This document shows positions 1 to 12,286 of a stretch of 64,000 nt of DNA, one piece after another. The notes below the pieces were generated by a model that made no database searches, was not told the DNA's origin, and worked only from the letters and a program-made list of their open reading frames with translations. Where the stretch lies: NCBI GenBank assembly GCA_030390025.1, contig CM059432.1, positions 85,376,001 to 85,440,000 on the forward strand, written 5' to 3'. The DNA is from Squalus acanthias (lineage: Eukaryota). The translations under genes and the position numbers were made by a program. How positions within the stretch are numbered: position 1 is the stretch's first letter; every line of letters begins with the position of its first letter.

Positions 1-488
1 TGGAAATCCGAAATAACAACAGAAAACGCTGGAAAAACTCAGCAGGCCAGGCAGCATCCGTGGAGAGAGAAAGAGAGTTAACGTTTCAGGTCGATGACCT
101 TTCATCAGAACTGGGAAGAGCCGGAAATCAAATAGATTTAAGGCCAGGGTAAAGCTGGGAAAAGGGGGAGGGGATAAAGGAACAAAGGGGGAGATGAAGA
201 GACATTAAGAGACATTAAGAGATATGCAAGGCTAGAGTTGGTGTTAATGTGACAGATTAAGGCTGAATGAAGTGTGAAATCCACTGGCAGAATGAAGGAC
301 AGCTGCCAGCTTCTAGGAGGAAAAAAAAAAGGTGGGGCGGGACAAATAAAAGGGTGGATAAAATAAAATATAAATGTGATTGGAGCTGAGGTTATGATCT
401 AAAATTGTTGAACTCGATATTGAGTCCAGAGGGCTGTAGCGTGCCTAAACGAAAGATGAGGTGCTGTTCCTCGAGCTTACGCTGAACT
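1..488 (-). mobile_element. Penelope-like element (family A), 3' fragment: GIY-YIG C-terminus plus pseudo-LTR
   Basis: Minus strand ~488-393 translates QRKLEEQHLIFRLGTLQPSGLNIEFNNFRS*, a typical PLE GIY-YIG C-terminus. A pyrimidine-rich UTR and a hammerhead motif follow. Second copy of the end at ~10950-11200. Confidence 0.85.
76..112 (-). ncRNA. Minimal type I hammerhead ribozyme in PLE pLTR
   Basis: Minus strand AGUU-CUGAUGA-A-AGGUC-AUC-GACCU-GAAA-CGUU-AACU: conserved core, 5-bp stem II, stem I AGUU/AACU, palindromic AACGUU in place of stem III. Confidence 0.8.
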
Positions 489-957
489 AATCACTACTTC
501 CTGATTTACCACATCTTCTCTTCTACTTTTTCCCAGCCATGGCAGTATTTTTCATGATGGAGCTTTAGCTAAGTATCTCAGTTTAAAAAAAAAGTCTTTA
601 CTCTTCTATTAGTAACTATCACTTCCATGAAGAACTATTTGCACTTGAAAGCACTTCAATGATGTAGATTATGAGTGGCCCATTTGTATACTGGAACAGT
701 TCCATTCATTAACTCAGAGATTCGTGCTTCAAACTAGGCTGGGGGCCATTGTGGAGGTGCCAGAGCAGGCAAAGTTTATCAGCTCGGTACTGCTATGTAC
801 TGACTTTGCCTGGTTCAGGTGTCTGATCTGAACTGACAATTCCATTCTTGGTGAATGGAGCTGCTCGGTGTGCACTTAGACCACCGATCACCTACATTAT
901 CAGAACAACTTCAGTTTCAAGTCTAGACTCAGATTGGTTGCTACACTTTATACTGAA

Positions 958-3900
958 TATCATAGAATGGTTACAGCACGGAAGAAAGCCATTCAGCCCG
1001 TCGAGCCCGTGCCAGCTCTCTGCTAGTCCCACTCCCCCGCCCTTTCCCCGTAGCCTTGCAATTTTTTTTCCTTCAGGTACTTAACCAACTCCCTTTTGAA
1101 AGCCGTGATTGAGTCTGCCTCCACCACCCTTTCAGGCATTGCATTCCAGATCCTAACCACTCACTGAGTAAAAAAGTTTTTCCTCATGTCGTCTTTGGTT
1201 CTTCTTCTCTGTTTCCTGTCACTTAGCCAATTTTGTATCCATGCTGCCACTGTCCCTTTTATTCCATGGGCTTCAACTTTGCTGGCAAGCCTATTATGTG
1301 GCACTTTGTCGAATGCCTTTTGGAAATCCATGTACACCACGTCAACCGCATTTCCCTCATCAACCCTCTCTGTTACCACATCAAAAAACTCGATCAAGTT
1401 GGTTATACACGATTTGCATTTAACAAATCCACGCTGGCTTTCCTTAATTAATCCACACTTGTCCAAGTGACTGTTAATTTTGTCCCTGATTATTGTTTCT
1501 AAAAGCTTCCCCACTACTGAGGTTAAACTGACTGGCCTGTAGTTGCTGGGTTTATCTTTACACACTTTTTTAAACAAGGGTGTAACATTTGCAATTCTCC
1601 AATCCTCTGGCACCACCCCCGTTTCTAAGGAGGATTGGAAGATTATGGCCAGTACCTCTGCAATTTCTTCCTTCACTTCCCTCAGTGTCCTAGGATGCAT
1701 CCCATCCGCTCCTGGTGATTTATCTACTTTAAGTACAGCCAGCCTTTCTAGTACCTACTCTTTATCAATTTTTATCCCATCCAGTATCTGTTCTACCTCC
1801 TCCTTCGCTATGTCTATGGCAGCATCTTCTTCCTTGGTGAAGACAGATGCAAAGTACTCATTTAGTACCTCAGCCATACCCTCTGCCTCCATGCGCAGAT
1901 CTCCTTTTAGGTCCCTAATCGGCTCCACCCCTCCTCTTACTACCTGTTTATTATTTATATGCCTATAGAAGACTTTTGGATTACGTTTTATGTTAGCTGC
2001 CTTTCTATTCTCATACCCTCCCTTTGCCCCTTTTATTTTCTTTTTCACTTCTCCTCTGAACTTACTATATTTAGCCTGATTCTCAGATGTATTCTTGACC
2101 TGACATCTGTCATACGCGCTCTTTTTCTGCTTCATCTTACTCTCTATCTCTTTCATCATCCAGGGAGCTCTGACTTTAGTTGTCATATCTTTCACCCAAG
2201 TGGGAATGTACCTCGACTGTACCCGAACTATTTCCTCTTTAAAGGCAGCCCATTGTTCCATTACAGTTTTGCCTGCCAATCTTTGATTCCAGTTTACCCC
2301 GGCCAGATCCGTTCTCATCCCACTGAAATTGGCCTTCCTCCAATTAAGTATTTTGACTCAAGATTGCTCCCTGTCCTTTTTTATAGCTAATCTAAACCTT
2401 ATGATACTATGATCACTGTTCCCTAAATGTTCACCTATTGACACTTGCTCCACTTGACCTACCTCATTCCCCAGAACCAGATCCAGCAATGCCTCCTTCC
2501 TCATTGGGCCGGAAACATACTGATCAAGAAACCTCTCCTGAACACACTTCAGAAATTCTTCCCCCTCCCTGCTCTTTACACTATTACTATCCCAGTCCAT
2601 AATAGGATAGTTAAGTCCCCCATTATCACTACTCTATAGTTCTTACATCTCTCCGTAAGTTTTCTGCAAATTTGCGCCTCCATATTTTTCCCACCAGTTG
2701 GTGGTCTATAGAATACACCTAGTAGTGTAATGGTACCTCTATTATTTCTTAACTCTAGCCATATAGATTCTGTCCTTGACCCCTTCAGGACATCCTCTCT
2801 TTCCAGCACTGTAACATTCTCCTTAACCAATACTGCCACCCCACCTCCTTTCTTTCCTTCCGTCCCTATCTTTCCTGAACACCTTATATCCAGGAATATT
2901 TAATACCCAATCCTACCCTTTTTTGAGCCAGATCTCCGTTATTGCCACGACATCATATTCCCATGTGGCTATTTGTGCCTGCAGCTCACCAACCTTGTTA
3001 ACTATGCTTCGTGCGTTCACATACATACAATGTAAGCCTATCTTAGACCATCCTGTGTTCTCTCTCAGTCTGATCCCACCTAATACCTTACTATTTCTTA
3101 CTTTAGTGCTATCTGTCTCTCCCAATCCTTTCTGCCCTTTGTTTCTCCTTTCTAATGCTACATCCTGGTGCCCATCCCCCTGCCAACTTAGTTTAAACCC
3201 TCCCCAACAGCACTAGCAAACCTCCCCGCGAGGATATTGGTACTGGCTCTGTTGAGGTGCAACCCTTCCGGCCTGTACAAGTCCCACCTCCCCCAGAACC
3301 GGCCCCAATGCCCCAGGAATCTGAAGCCCTCCCTCCTGCACCATCTCTCCAGCCATCTGCTCTATCCTCCTATTTCTATACTCACTCACGCGTGGCACCG
3401 GGAGTAACCCAGAGATTACTACCTTTGAAGTCCTGCTTTTTAATCACTTTCCTAGCTCCCTGAAATCTGCCTGCAGGACCTCATCCCTCTTTCTACCTAT
3501 GTCGTTGGTACCGATATGGACCAAGACCTCTGGCTGTTCACCCTCCCCCCTCAGAATGTTTTGCAGCCACTCGGTGACATCCTTAACCCCGGCACCAGGG
3601 AGGCAACACACCATCCTGGAGTCACGTCTGCGGCCGCAGAAATGCCTGTCTGCTCCACTAACTATCGAATCCCCTACCACTATTGCTTACCCTATCTTCC
3701 TCCTCCCCCACTGTACAGCTGTGCCACCCGTGGTGCCGTGGACTTGGCTCTGGCTGTACTCCCCAGAGGAACCATCGCACTCACCAGTACTTAGAACAGA
3801 ATACTGGTTGGAGAGCGAGATGCACTCAGGGGACTCCTGCACTACCTGCCTGGTCCTCCTCTTCTGTCTGGCGGTTACCCATTCCCTCTCTGCCTGCGCA

Positions 3901-4090
3901 CTCCTTAGCTGTGGGGTGACCACCTCCTGAAACGTGCTATCCACATAGCTCTCAGCCTTGCGGATGCACCACAGTGACGCCAGCTGCTGCTCAAGCTCTG
4001 AAACCTGGAGCTCAAGCTCCTCCTGCTGATGACCCCTCCTGCACACGTGGTTGTCCATGACACGGGAAGCGTCCTGGAGTTCCCACATGG
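958..4090 (-). mobile_element. CR1 LINE (HER1-like), near full length, decayed, RT core deleted
   Basis: ORF1 pieces 3213-4088 have esterase motifs (VGDSIV, VHIGTNDI). APE endonuclease pieces 2358-3125 (YVNARSI, GVFYRPP). RT N-terminus 1161-1700 ([18 protein letters not shown]) is fused directly to the C-terminal MRKNFFTQ. Tail at ~960. Confidence 0.95.
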
Positions 4091-4414
4091 CACACTGTCC
4101 TTAGGGCTTTCTTTCTCCTTTAATGTAGGATTGTTTCACTTTCTACTCACTCGCCTTCAACTAGAACCTGTTTCTGAGATATCACATGCTAAAGTGACAA
4201 ATGCAATCTGTCACATTTGCTGATCTGAAGATCACAGGATAATTATGGATAAAAAGGCCATTCAGCCCATTTGATTCATCCATCCAGAGAGATCCTAAAA
4301 ACCTCCTCCCCCGCCCCCCTTCCCAACTCCAGGGTTTTATTTTAGCATCGTAGCATCCAATTGTTTCTTAAATGATTCTAGGGTTATGCCTTTGTTTATC
4401 TATCTGGAGTTTAA

Positions 4415-4695
4415 AAGAAACCAAGATTTGCATTTATATAACGCCTTTTAAAGCCTTCCTCAGGACTTCCCAAAGTGCTTTACAGCCAATTCAGTGCTTT
4501 TAAGTGTAGTCACTGTTGTAACTTAGGAAATGTGGCAGCCAAATTGCGCACAGCATGTTCCACAAACAGCAATGTGACAATGGCCAGATAATCTGTTTTT
4601 GGGTGTTGGTTGAGGGATAAATATTGGCCATGACTCGACATTGAATCCCCCTGCTCTTCTTCAACATAGTGGCATGGGATCTTTTATGTCCGCCT
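4415..4695 (-). mobile_element. Deu-domain SINE (SacSINE1/AmnSINE-like) fragment with L2-type tail
   Basis: Reverse complement matches copies at 58083-58480 and 62230-62515 (tgtgcgcaaattggctgcc...acaacagtgactacactt...ggcgctatataaatgcaag). More fragments at ~12860-12995 and ~58760-58860. Confidence 0.7.
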
Positions 4696-5294
4696 AAGAT
4701 GGCAGATGGGCAATTAGGGGTGGGTAATAATTGCTGGCCTTTCCAGCGATGCCCACATCCCAGGAATGAATAAAAAAAAATACAATGCCAAACATAGCAA
4801 TGAGTTGGTTGCATTTGGCACTAACTGCATTATCAGGAAAATGGAATCAAGCTCCATTGTTGCAGGTACCTCATCAATTTATCAGAGGCTGTTTTCCTGC
4901 AAACAGATTCAAAATGCTGGCCCTGGCAAGGAGGAGAGGTGGATTTTTCTCTTTTTCACTTTTAACATCTCCGCTAACAATGATTGTTCAATAATCGTGT
5001 GATGGTAACTTACTAAATGTTAGATCTTGAGATCCTGAAAATTAATTAACACCATTGGAAAAAGATATTGTATTTTACTGGCATCTTTCTTCCTTAGACT
5101 TGTGGTTGGGACACAGACATATTCACAGCCACCATTGTTGCTGTTCCAGAACTGACTATCAAGAAGCTCACTTCTTGTGGTCCACTCAAGTCAGAGCACA
5201 AAATGTGATCTTTTAAAATGTATCATTATCATTAGTCATTGATCTGACTCCCATGTTTTATGTTAGGTTGAACATTCAATTTTTGTGTAATGTG

Positions 5295-6073
5295 TCAACA
5301 AGGGCAGACGTCAATGACGAAGTCCAACACCGCCTTCAGTGTGCCAGTGCAGCCTTCGGTCGCCTGAGGAAGAGAGTGTTTGAAGACCAGGACCTCAAAC
5401 CCGGCACCAAGCTCATGGTCTACAGAGCAGTAGTAATACCCGCCCTCCTGTATGCCTCAGAGACATGGACCATGTACAGCAGCCACCTCAAAGCACTGGA
5501 GAGGTACCACCAACGCTGCCTCCGCAAGATCCTGCAAATCCATTGGCAGGATAGGCGCACCAACATCAGTGTTCTCGCTCAGGCCAACATCCCCAGCATC
5601 GAAGCTTTGACCACGCTCGATCAGCTCCGATGGACGGGTCACATCGTCCGCATGCCCGATACGAGACTCCCAAAACAAGCGCTCTAGTTGGAGCTCCAAC
5701 ACGGCAACAGAGCCCCAGGTGGGCAGAGGAAACACTTCAAGGTCACCCTCAAAGCCTCCTTGAAAAAGTGCAACATCCCCACCGACACCTGAGAATCCCT
5801 GGCCCAAGACCGTACAAAGTGGAGGAGAAGCATCCGGGAAGGCGCCGAATACCTCGAGTCTCTTCGCCAGGAGCAAGCGGAAGCCAAGTGCAAACAGCGG
5901 AAGGAGCACACGTCAACCCAAGCACCCCACCCACCTGCCCCTTCAACCACCGTCTGCCCCACCTGTGACAGAGACTGTAGGTCCCGCATTGGACTCATCA
6001 GTCACCTGAGAACTCATTTTTAATGTGGAAGCAAGTCATCTTCGGTTCCGAGGGACTGGCTAAGAAGAAGAAG
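5295..6073 (+). mobile_element. RTE (BovB-like) LINE, 5'-truncated
   Basis: ORF 5253-5687 (ASAAFGRLRKRVF...LLYASETWT...LRWTGHIVRMPDTRLPKQ), then a terminal zinc finger CPTCDRDCRSRIGLISHLRTH and a (GAA)n tail at 6062-6073. Confidence 0.92.
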
Positions 6074-6889
6074 AATGCTAGATAGCCCAAAATATACTTT
6101 TTAAAAATAAAAGTATCAGTATATAGCCTCACAGTTCACATTTAAACATTTCTGCCATGTAGCTTTCATTTTGTAGAAGACAAATTGCAATTTATTTTTG
6201 CATCATTTTTAGTGCTTGGCCATTTTAGCTTTTCCCAGACCTTTTTTTATGTCTTTGGGAAAAATTGCAGTCAATTGAGAGTGGCATTAAATCAATGTGC
6301 AAATTAAAATTTACTACCAATATTGAACTTGTTTGTGTAACAGTGGGTGATTGTGAGTGCAGTGGTCAGAATTCATACCGGAGATTGTGGATGTTGTTAT
6401 ATTTACAGAGTAAAACAGGAAAGTTCCACATGTCAGAATAATAGATTGCACATGCAACTCTTTGGGGAGTAGATTAGTGTGGGACAAAGTTCCAATCCAT
6501 TTAGTGCAGTTTTGTTGCCAAGAGCTTGTCTAAGATATTGAAAGTGGACTATTATTCATTTTTTAGTTTCATTCAAGGCTTTTTCTTTGATAACTTGTTA
6601 TATAACCCATTCTTATATATGGAGGGGGGGTAATTTTAACCTAACCTAACCTACCCAGTGGGAAAGTGACAGGATTGGTTCATCACAGCACCAAGGAGGT
6701 TATTCAGCTCCTCATGCCTGTGCCAGTGCTAGCTCTTCAACTGGAGCTGTCTACTCTAATCCCATTTCCCTACCCTCTCATCCATATCGTTTTATATTTT
6801 GAGGTAGACTTTCTACAGGGGTTCCCTGAGAAATGGCTTTGATGGCCATTTACAGTGGGTGATCAGAAGCATCCCCATGGAAACTCCAG

Positions 6890-7614
6890 GGGGGAAAAAT
6901 TGGGTTTGTTTGTGCCTCTCATTAGCACCTCTGGGGGGTACTAACGGGGCACAAATCCCCTAGCACCCGGGCGCTGCACCACTAACACCTCCCGCGAAAT
7001 TCAGCGGGAGGTTAGCTGTGGTGGTAGCCGGTAGCGCCCCGCGCCGCGGTGCGGCGCCACCGGCGATGACATCATAGCTGTGCTCAGAGCCCCGCGGGCG
7101 CCCCAGCCGCAATCTTCCCTTGTGCCCCCTGACCTATCGCTAGACAATCTGTCCGACAGGATCAGGGAGTGTTTTTGCAACGGTGGCAGCGCAAGTTAAA
7201 GGGGCAGGTGTCGGGCAGCCATTTTTATTTTGGCCGACTGCCAGCACCTGCCCCCTTTCCCTTTTTTATGTGGGGTGCCGGCTGCGATTGCTCAGCCTGG
7301 CACTCCTCTTGAGTGCCGGGCTGTTTTCACGGTGGTCCAGCAGGGCCCCGGTGAGCGCAGCGCTAGGCCCCTCCTCTTTAATCAGGGGAGGAGGCCTGCA
7401 CTGACGCAAAGCTATGTGCTGCTGCGCGTGGTGCCGCAAACTTCAGTAGTAGCGCCCCAAGAAGGAGGTGGAGCGCTTCCAGTCGGGCCCCATCTCCTGC
7501 TTGGGGCGCTACCACTGAATTTACGGCAGAGGGGCGCTAACTTTTTTCGGGGCGCTAAAATTAGCACCCGGTGACGTTAGCGCCCCAAAAGGTGCGCCAC
7601 CCAATTTTTCCCCC
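6890..7614. mobile_element. PIF/Harbinger-type MITE inserted in an old CR1 3' remnant (~6680-8260)
   Basis: Perfect 15-bp TIR GGGGGAAAAATTGGG / CCCAATTTTTCCCCC. CAG TSD at 6887-6889 and 7615-7617. GC/CpG-rich interior with repeated TAGCGCCC-like motifs. Confidence 0.9.
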
Positions 7615-8559
7615 CAGGTGTCTTTTCAAATATTCATCCAGTTCCATTATTAAGTTATGTTTTAATCTCTGTCTCAATAGTCACTTCTGGTAAAGCGTTC
7701 CATGTTTTAATGATTTTCTGCATGAAAATGTTTGTGTATGAAAACTTCCCCTATTGTTATTCTAATGATAATCATCACTCTATGTCTCCTTACCTATGTA
7801 AGTCATACCTAACTACCGAATAGACTTATTTGATAGCATCGCTGAGATGGTCCTGAAGAATGGTTGGGAGCTAGGAGGCAGAGTCAAGCTCTGAAGTGTA
7901 TCTCCAGGGATTGATGCTGATTTTCACTCTGTATTTAGATAACCACTGGAAACAATTTTTCATTATTTACCCACTAAAAACATATCATGATTTTTATTAG
8001 GTCTCCTGTTAAATCCTCTGTTCGAGTGGAAAAAAAATCAAGCCTTTTTTCATCAGTATAACCTCTCATTCCTGTTATAATACAAGTGAATTTTCCCTGT
8101 ACCCATTCCAATGACTCTATTTCCTATAATTGGGTGCCCAGAACTACATGCAATACTGAAGCTATGATCTAACCAAACAAATTCAACATTGCTTCCTTGT
8201 TTTTATATCAATGCCATTTGCTATTTTATGGACTTTTCTAACTGCACTTTCACTTTTAGAGATCTATGGCCCCGATATTTACAGGGAGGTGGGGAGGGTG
8301 CGAGGGGAGGCACCGACCGCAATTTTTGGGCCAATGTCTATTGCCTAAAGGATCTTTCTGTACTATATCTTGCTTGGCTAGGTTTGTCAGAGCTCCCTCA
8401 GGTACTGTAGCAAGTGCTGATCCAGATGCTCTTTGATGGCAAAGGTCTCTTTTGTGAGTAAGTGGCTATAAGTACCAACAGCAGAGCTTTGGTCAATTTT
8501 GGATATGGCAGCAAAGGGCTGGTCTTCCCATCATATCGGCAAACCCAGTCAGGTAGAGT

Positions 8560-8870
8560 TAAGGTAGATAGTTTTCTGTTATGCACTGCAATTGAACAGT
8601 TTTCTCCATTTCAGGAAAAGAAAAATTTCATGATAGTTTGTGGTGCCCAAAAAGTCAGGCCCATGTTGAATCTTAGAATATTGGACAAATGTCTCAGCAA
8701 AGAAAATTTCAAGGTAGCAACGCTGCCTTGAGTCATTCAGGTAGTGTGTCCAGGAGACTGGTCATCTGTAATAGATTTTCACACAGGATTTAGCCTCAGT
8801 GTTGCAAGTATCTCGAATTCAATTTCCAGGGTGACAGCTGCCAGTACTTGTTCCTTTCAGCCTGATATAC
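8560..8870 (+). mobile_element. Highly degenerate DIRS-like reverse transcriptase relic
   Basis: Translates across shifts and stops as VPKK..RPMLNLRILDKCLSKENFKVATLP*VIQVVCPGDWSSVIDF...KYLEFNFQGDSCQY. This resembles the DIRS1 RT pattern RPILDLRxLN..FKMxTL..PGDW..IDL..YLRF..G..YQF. Confidence 0.65.
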
Positions 8871-9034
8871 ACACACCTTTGCATTCATTATTGCTTAATT
8901 GGAGCTATTTTGCACAACTAAATGCATGCCTGATTGTTGAAGTATTGCATGCATTACATTACTTGCAATAAATTTGGTCAGTCAGTACAATTTTACCTGT
9001 CAAAGTCTGCAACCTACTTCTACATATGGTATAA

Positions 9035-9710
9035 CAACATTGGCTCCCGGTCCGGCAACACCTCGATTTTAAAATTCTCATCCTTGTTTTAAAATCCCTC
9101 CATAGCCTCGCTCCTCCCTGTCTCTGTAGCCTCCTCCAGCCCTACAACCACCCGAGATCTCTGAGTTCCTCCAATTCTGGCCTCTTGTGCATCCCCGATT
9201 TTAATCATTCCACCATTGGCGGCCGTCCCTTCAGCTGCCTCGACCCTAAGCTCTGGAATTACCTCCCTAAACCTCTCTACCTCACTCTCCTCCTTTAAGA
9301 TGCTCCTTAAAACCTACTACTTTTTCCAGGTTTTTGGTCATCTGTCCTAATATGTCCTTACTATTTTGATCAAACCAATCAATTATCTGTAACTAAATAA
9401 AACTTTAAAGGAAACTTAACAAATCAAATTAAAATTTGGTAGTCCGGGGTGACGATGCACTCCAGCCCCCGCGGCGCCCACCGGTCGCGGAAAAACTCAA
9501 GCGTGCCGGCGGACACCACGTGCTCCATCTCCAGGGCCACCCGGGCGCGAGCATGGCCGCGGAAGAGAGGCAGGCAATCGGGCCGAACGACCCCCTCCTA
9601 ATATGTCCTTATGTAGCTCGGTGTCAAATTTTGTTGATAACGCTCCTGTGAAGTGCATTGGGACATTTTACAGCATTAAAGGCGCTATATAAATGCAAGT
9701 TGTTGGTGTT
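9035..9710 (+). mobile_element. L2 LINE 3' end, interrupted by a Tx1 stub
   Basis: HWLPVRQHLDFKILILV...KLWNYLP motif and tail aaggcgctatataaatgcaagttgttg. Same 3' end at 13225-13450. Confidence 0.85.
9361..9595 (-). mobile_element. Tx1 (L1-clade) retrotransposon 3' stub
   Basis: Minus strand encodes GVVRPDCLPLFRGHARARVALEMEHVVSAGTLEFFRDRWAPRGLECIV, plus an AT-rich UTR. 16-bp TSD TCCTAATATGTCCTTA at 9345-9360 and 9596-9611. Confidence 0.8.
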
Positions 9711-10949
9711 GACAATGTCACATTCTGTTTTTGCAGTTGTGTTGTTTGTGATTTGAAGTTTGCAGTGTAAATTAAATTGTAGTCTTTGGCTAATTAGAGC
9801 AAATAATTGCTTTAATAAAGTTAATGAGATGCAGCTGAGTACTGATTTATGCCACAAATGAAGTCAAGCTCTTAACTTTGAATACAACTAGAAGCTGAAG
9901 ATCTTACTAACTGAAAGTCATTAGAAATCAAAGTAAATTAAGTTCTTATATCTACAAATGTCTACGTTTTAAAATTAAACATAGATTGTGCCTTTGCAGG
10001 TACATTTATAAGAGTATTTGCATGGCCTAAACATAGCTTGTTGTTTCCCCTCTGGAGTTTGATTAACAACCTATCCAGTTCTCTGCAAGATCCACTGCAA
10101 TGACTGCATAATACTGTAGAGCAGCATGAGTAGAAATATAGATAATGGGTAATAAATTAATCTATCAATCTACTTATATAATCATTATAAGAGTCAGGTT
10201 GTAAGCCTTGTCTTCATATTTGAGGGGCTGGGGGCTGCTATCCACTAGCTCCACAGTTTGCCCTTCCTTTATATTTCTGTAATTTGATGATAAGTTCTAA
10301 GGTGTCACTACTGCAGTAGATAAACAACAAATCTGATGGTTTGAGGTACTAGACACCTATTGGTTGTTTTGTGGGAGCAGGTACAAACAAAGACTTTGAA
10401 AATTTGAAGTGAGAAGGAAGCTGTTGATGCAGGAGAGAAGTCCATATTGTAACATTGCTGGTGTTAAAACAAAAGCTTTGAGAAGTTAATGTTTTGATTT
10501 CATTTACACCAAAATATGGAGTATGCATCTTTGTGAACAAAAATTAAATGTGCTGATGACAAAAGGTACTGTCCACAGAAGAGAGCAGAAAGAAAAACTA
10601 TTCAAGACACAATAATTTGTTTTCTGAAAGACTTTGAGTTTGTGTTCTCCCTATTTGTCAAAATTGATTTTTCACCTGTTTCAGGTTGGTTGCATTATCT
10701 GTTCTCTTCCCAACCTCCTTTTTCCTTTGGAATAGAATAGAGGTAATAGCGGATACAAGTCAGACATTTAATACACTTTGAAATGATTCCTGAGGTGAAC
10801 CCAAAGACAAGCCATTATAAAATTCATTACAAATGTTACAACATTTTACTCCAGTTATCTGTATTTTTTCATTAGCAGTTTCTGTTTAATTTTAAATTTG
10901 TGGCTGATGGTGTAAGCATGCAGAAGCTAGTAACAGAGTGAAATATTAT

Positions 10950-11200
10950 GTAATAAAAACAGAAAATGCTGGAAATACTCAGCAGGTCAGGCAGCATCTG
11001 TGGAGAGAAAAACAAAGTTAACGTTTCAGGTCAATGACCTTTCATCAGAACTGGAAAAAGTTAGAGATGTAACACGTGCTAATCAAGTGCAGAGACAGGG
11101 AAAGGGGGGGAGGAGAAGAAAGAACAAAAGGGAAGGTCTGTGATAGGGTAGAAGGCAGAACAGATTAAATGACAAAAGGAATGATGGTGCAAGGCAGCGT
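10950..11200 (-). mobile_element. PLE family A pLTR fragment
   Basis: Closely matches positions ~15-200. Confidence 0.8.
11016..11052 (-). ncRNA. Minimal hammerhead ribozyme, second copy
   Basis: AGUU-CUGAUGA-A-AGGUC-AUU-GACCU-GAAA-CGUU-AACU. Differs from 76-112 only in loop II. Confidence 0.8.
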
Positions 11201-11554
11201 TTATTTGCAACACCAGTGGGTTGGACCAGATTTCTGATTGGTGGACAAGACACACTCAACAGTTTGTCTGGAATGTGTCATTTGATCCTGCCTGCTGTGG
11301 AGCAGTCTGCAATGTGTAATTTGATCCAGTCTTGTCACGCAACCTACAGAAAGTGGAAGTGTAGTTAGCTTTGTGAAGATCCTCTGTTATTTTGTGTTCT
11401 GCAATTGTAATTATAGTTGACCTTGGCTGGTAAAATAAAAGACTTTATACTGTAATTAGTGGGTTAGTTACTTATTTGGAAGTGATAAAAAATGTTTTAA
11501 TTCAGAATGAAGGGCCGTGTGTGTGGAGTGCGTGTGAGTGGGGGCCGTGTGTGT

Positions 11555-11730
11555 ATCCAACCTTCTGACACACCAGCAAGTTAACACTGCGGAGAGGCCG
11601 TTCACCTGCTCTGTGTGTGGGAAGGGATCCACTCAGTCATCCAACCTACTGATACACCAGTGAGTTCACACTGGGTAGAGGCCATTCACCTGCTCAGTGT
11701 GTGAGAAAGGATTCACTAATTCATCCAGTT
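11555..11730 (+). pseudogene. C2H2 zinc-finger array fragment (about 2 fingers)
   Basis: [62 protein letters not shown]-type linkers and two in-frame stops. Confidence 0.85.
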
Positions 11731-12109
11731 GGAAAAACATGATCCACGTCTACAGAGGGGTGAGAACGTGATCTCCCTTCCCATCTGTATCATGTTCTGG
11801 CTCTCATTCTCTCCCCCCCCCCCCAATTAGACCTGGATCACATTCTTCCCCCATCCCCACTGTTCTCTCCCGGCTCTAACCACCCCGCCTGGCCCCCTCA
11901 AGTTCATGACCTACTCTCCCCGCCCCCCCCCCCCCACTGAGTTTCTGATCTTAACCTCCTCCCTCCCCCCGAGCTCCCAACCTTTTCTCCCCCCTCCGAG
12001 CTCCTCCCTCTGAGCATCTCTGTACCCCCCCGATCTCCTCTCCCTCCCCCCCCAGATCCCCTGACCTTCTCTACAGGGAACCAAGGAAAGTGTGATTCAG
12101 GCCGCAGCC

Positions 12110-12286
12110 CTGTGGCTAGGTGCACTTGCATTTGGTCTCCTCAATGTAGAAGAGACCGCATCGTGAGCAGTGATTACAGTATACTAAATTGAAAGAAGAA
12201 CAAGTAAATCGCTGTTTTACCTGGACCTAGTTTTTGGGGCCCTGGAAGGTGGGAAGGGAGGAGGTAAAAGGGCAGGTGTTGCATTG
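12110..12286 (-). mobile_element. PLE GIY-YIG N-terminal fragment
   Basis: Minus strand CNTCPFTSSLPTFQGPKN*VQVKQRFTCSSFNLVYCNHCSRCGLFYIEETK (VY...YIGET-like motif). Confidence 0.8.

Noticed and set aside
1186..2390. Many antisense ORFs over CR1 (also 28503-29018, 37975-38867)
   Set aside because: Shadow frames of LINE ORF2, recurring only because the repeat recurs.
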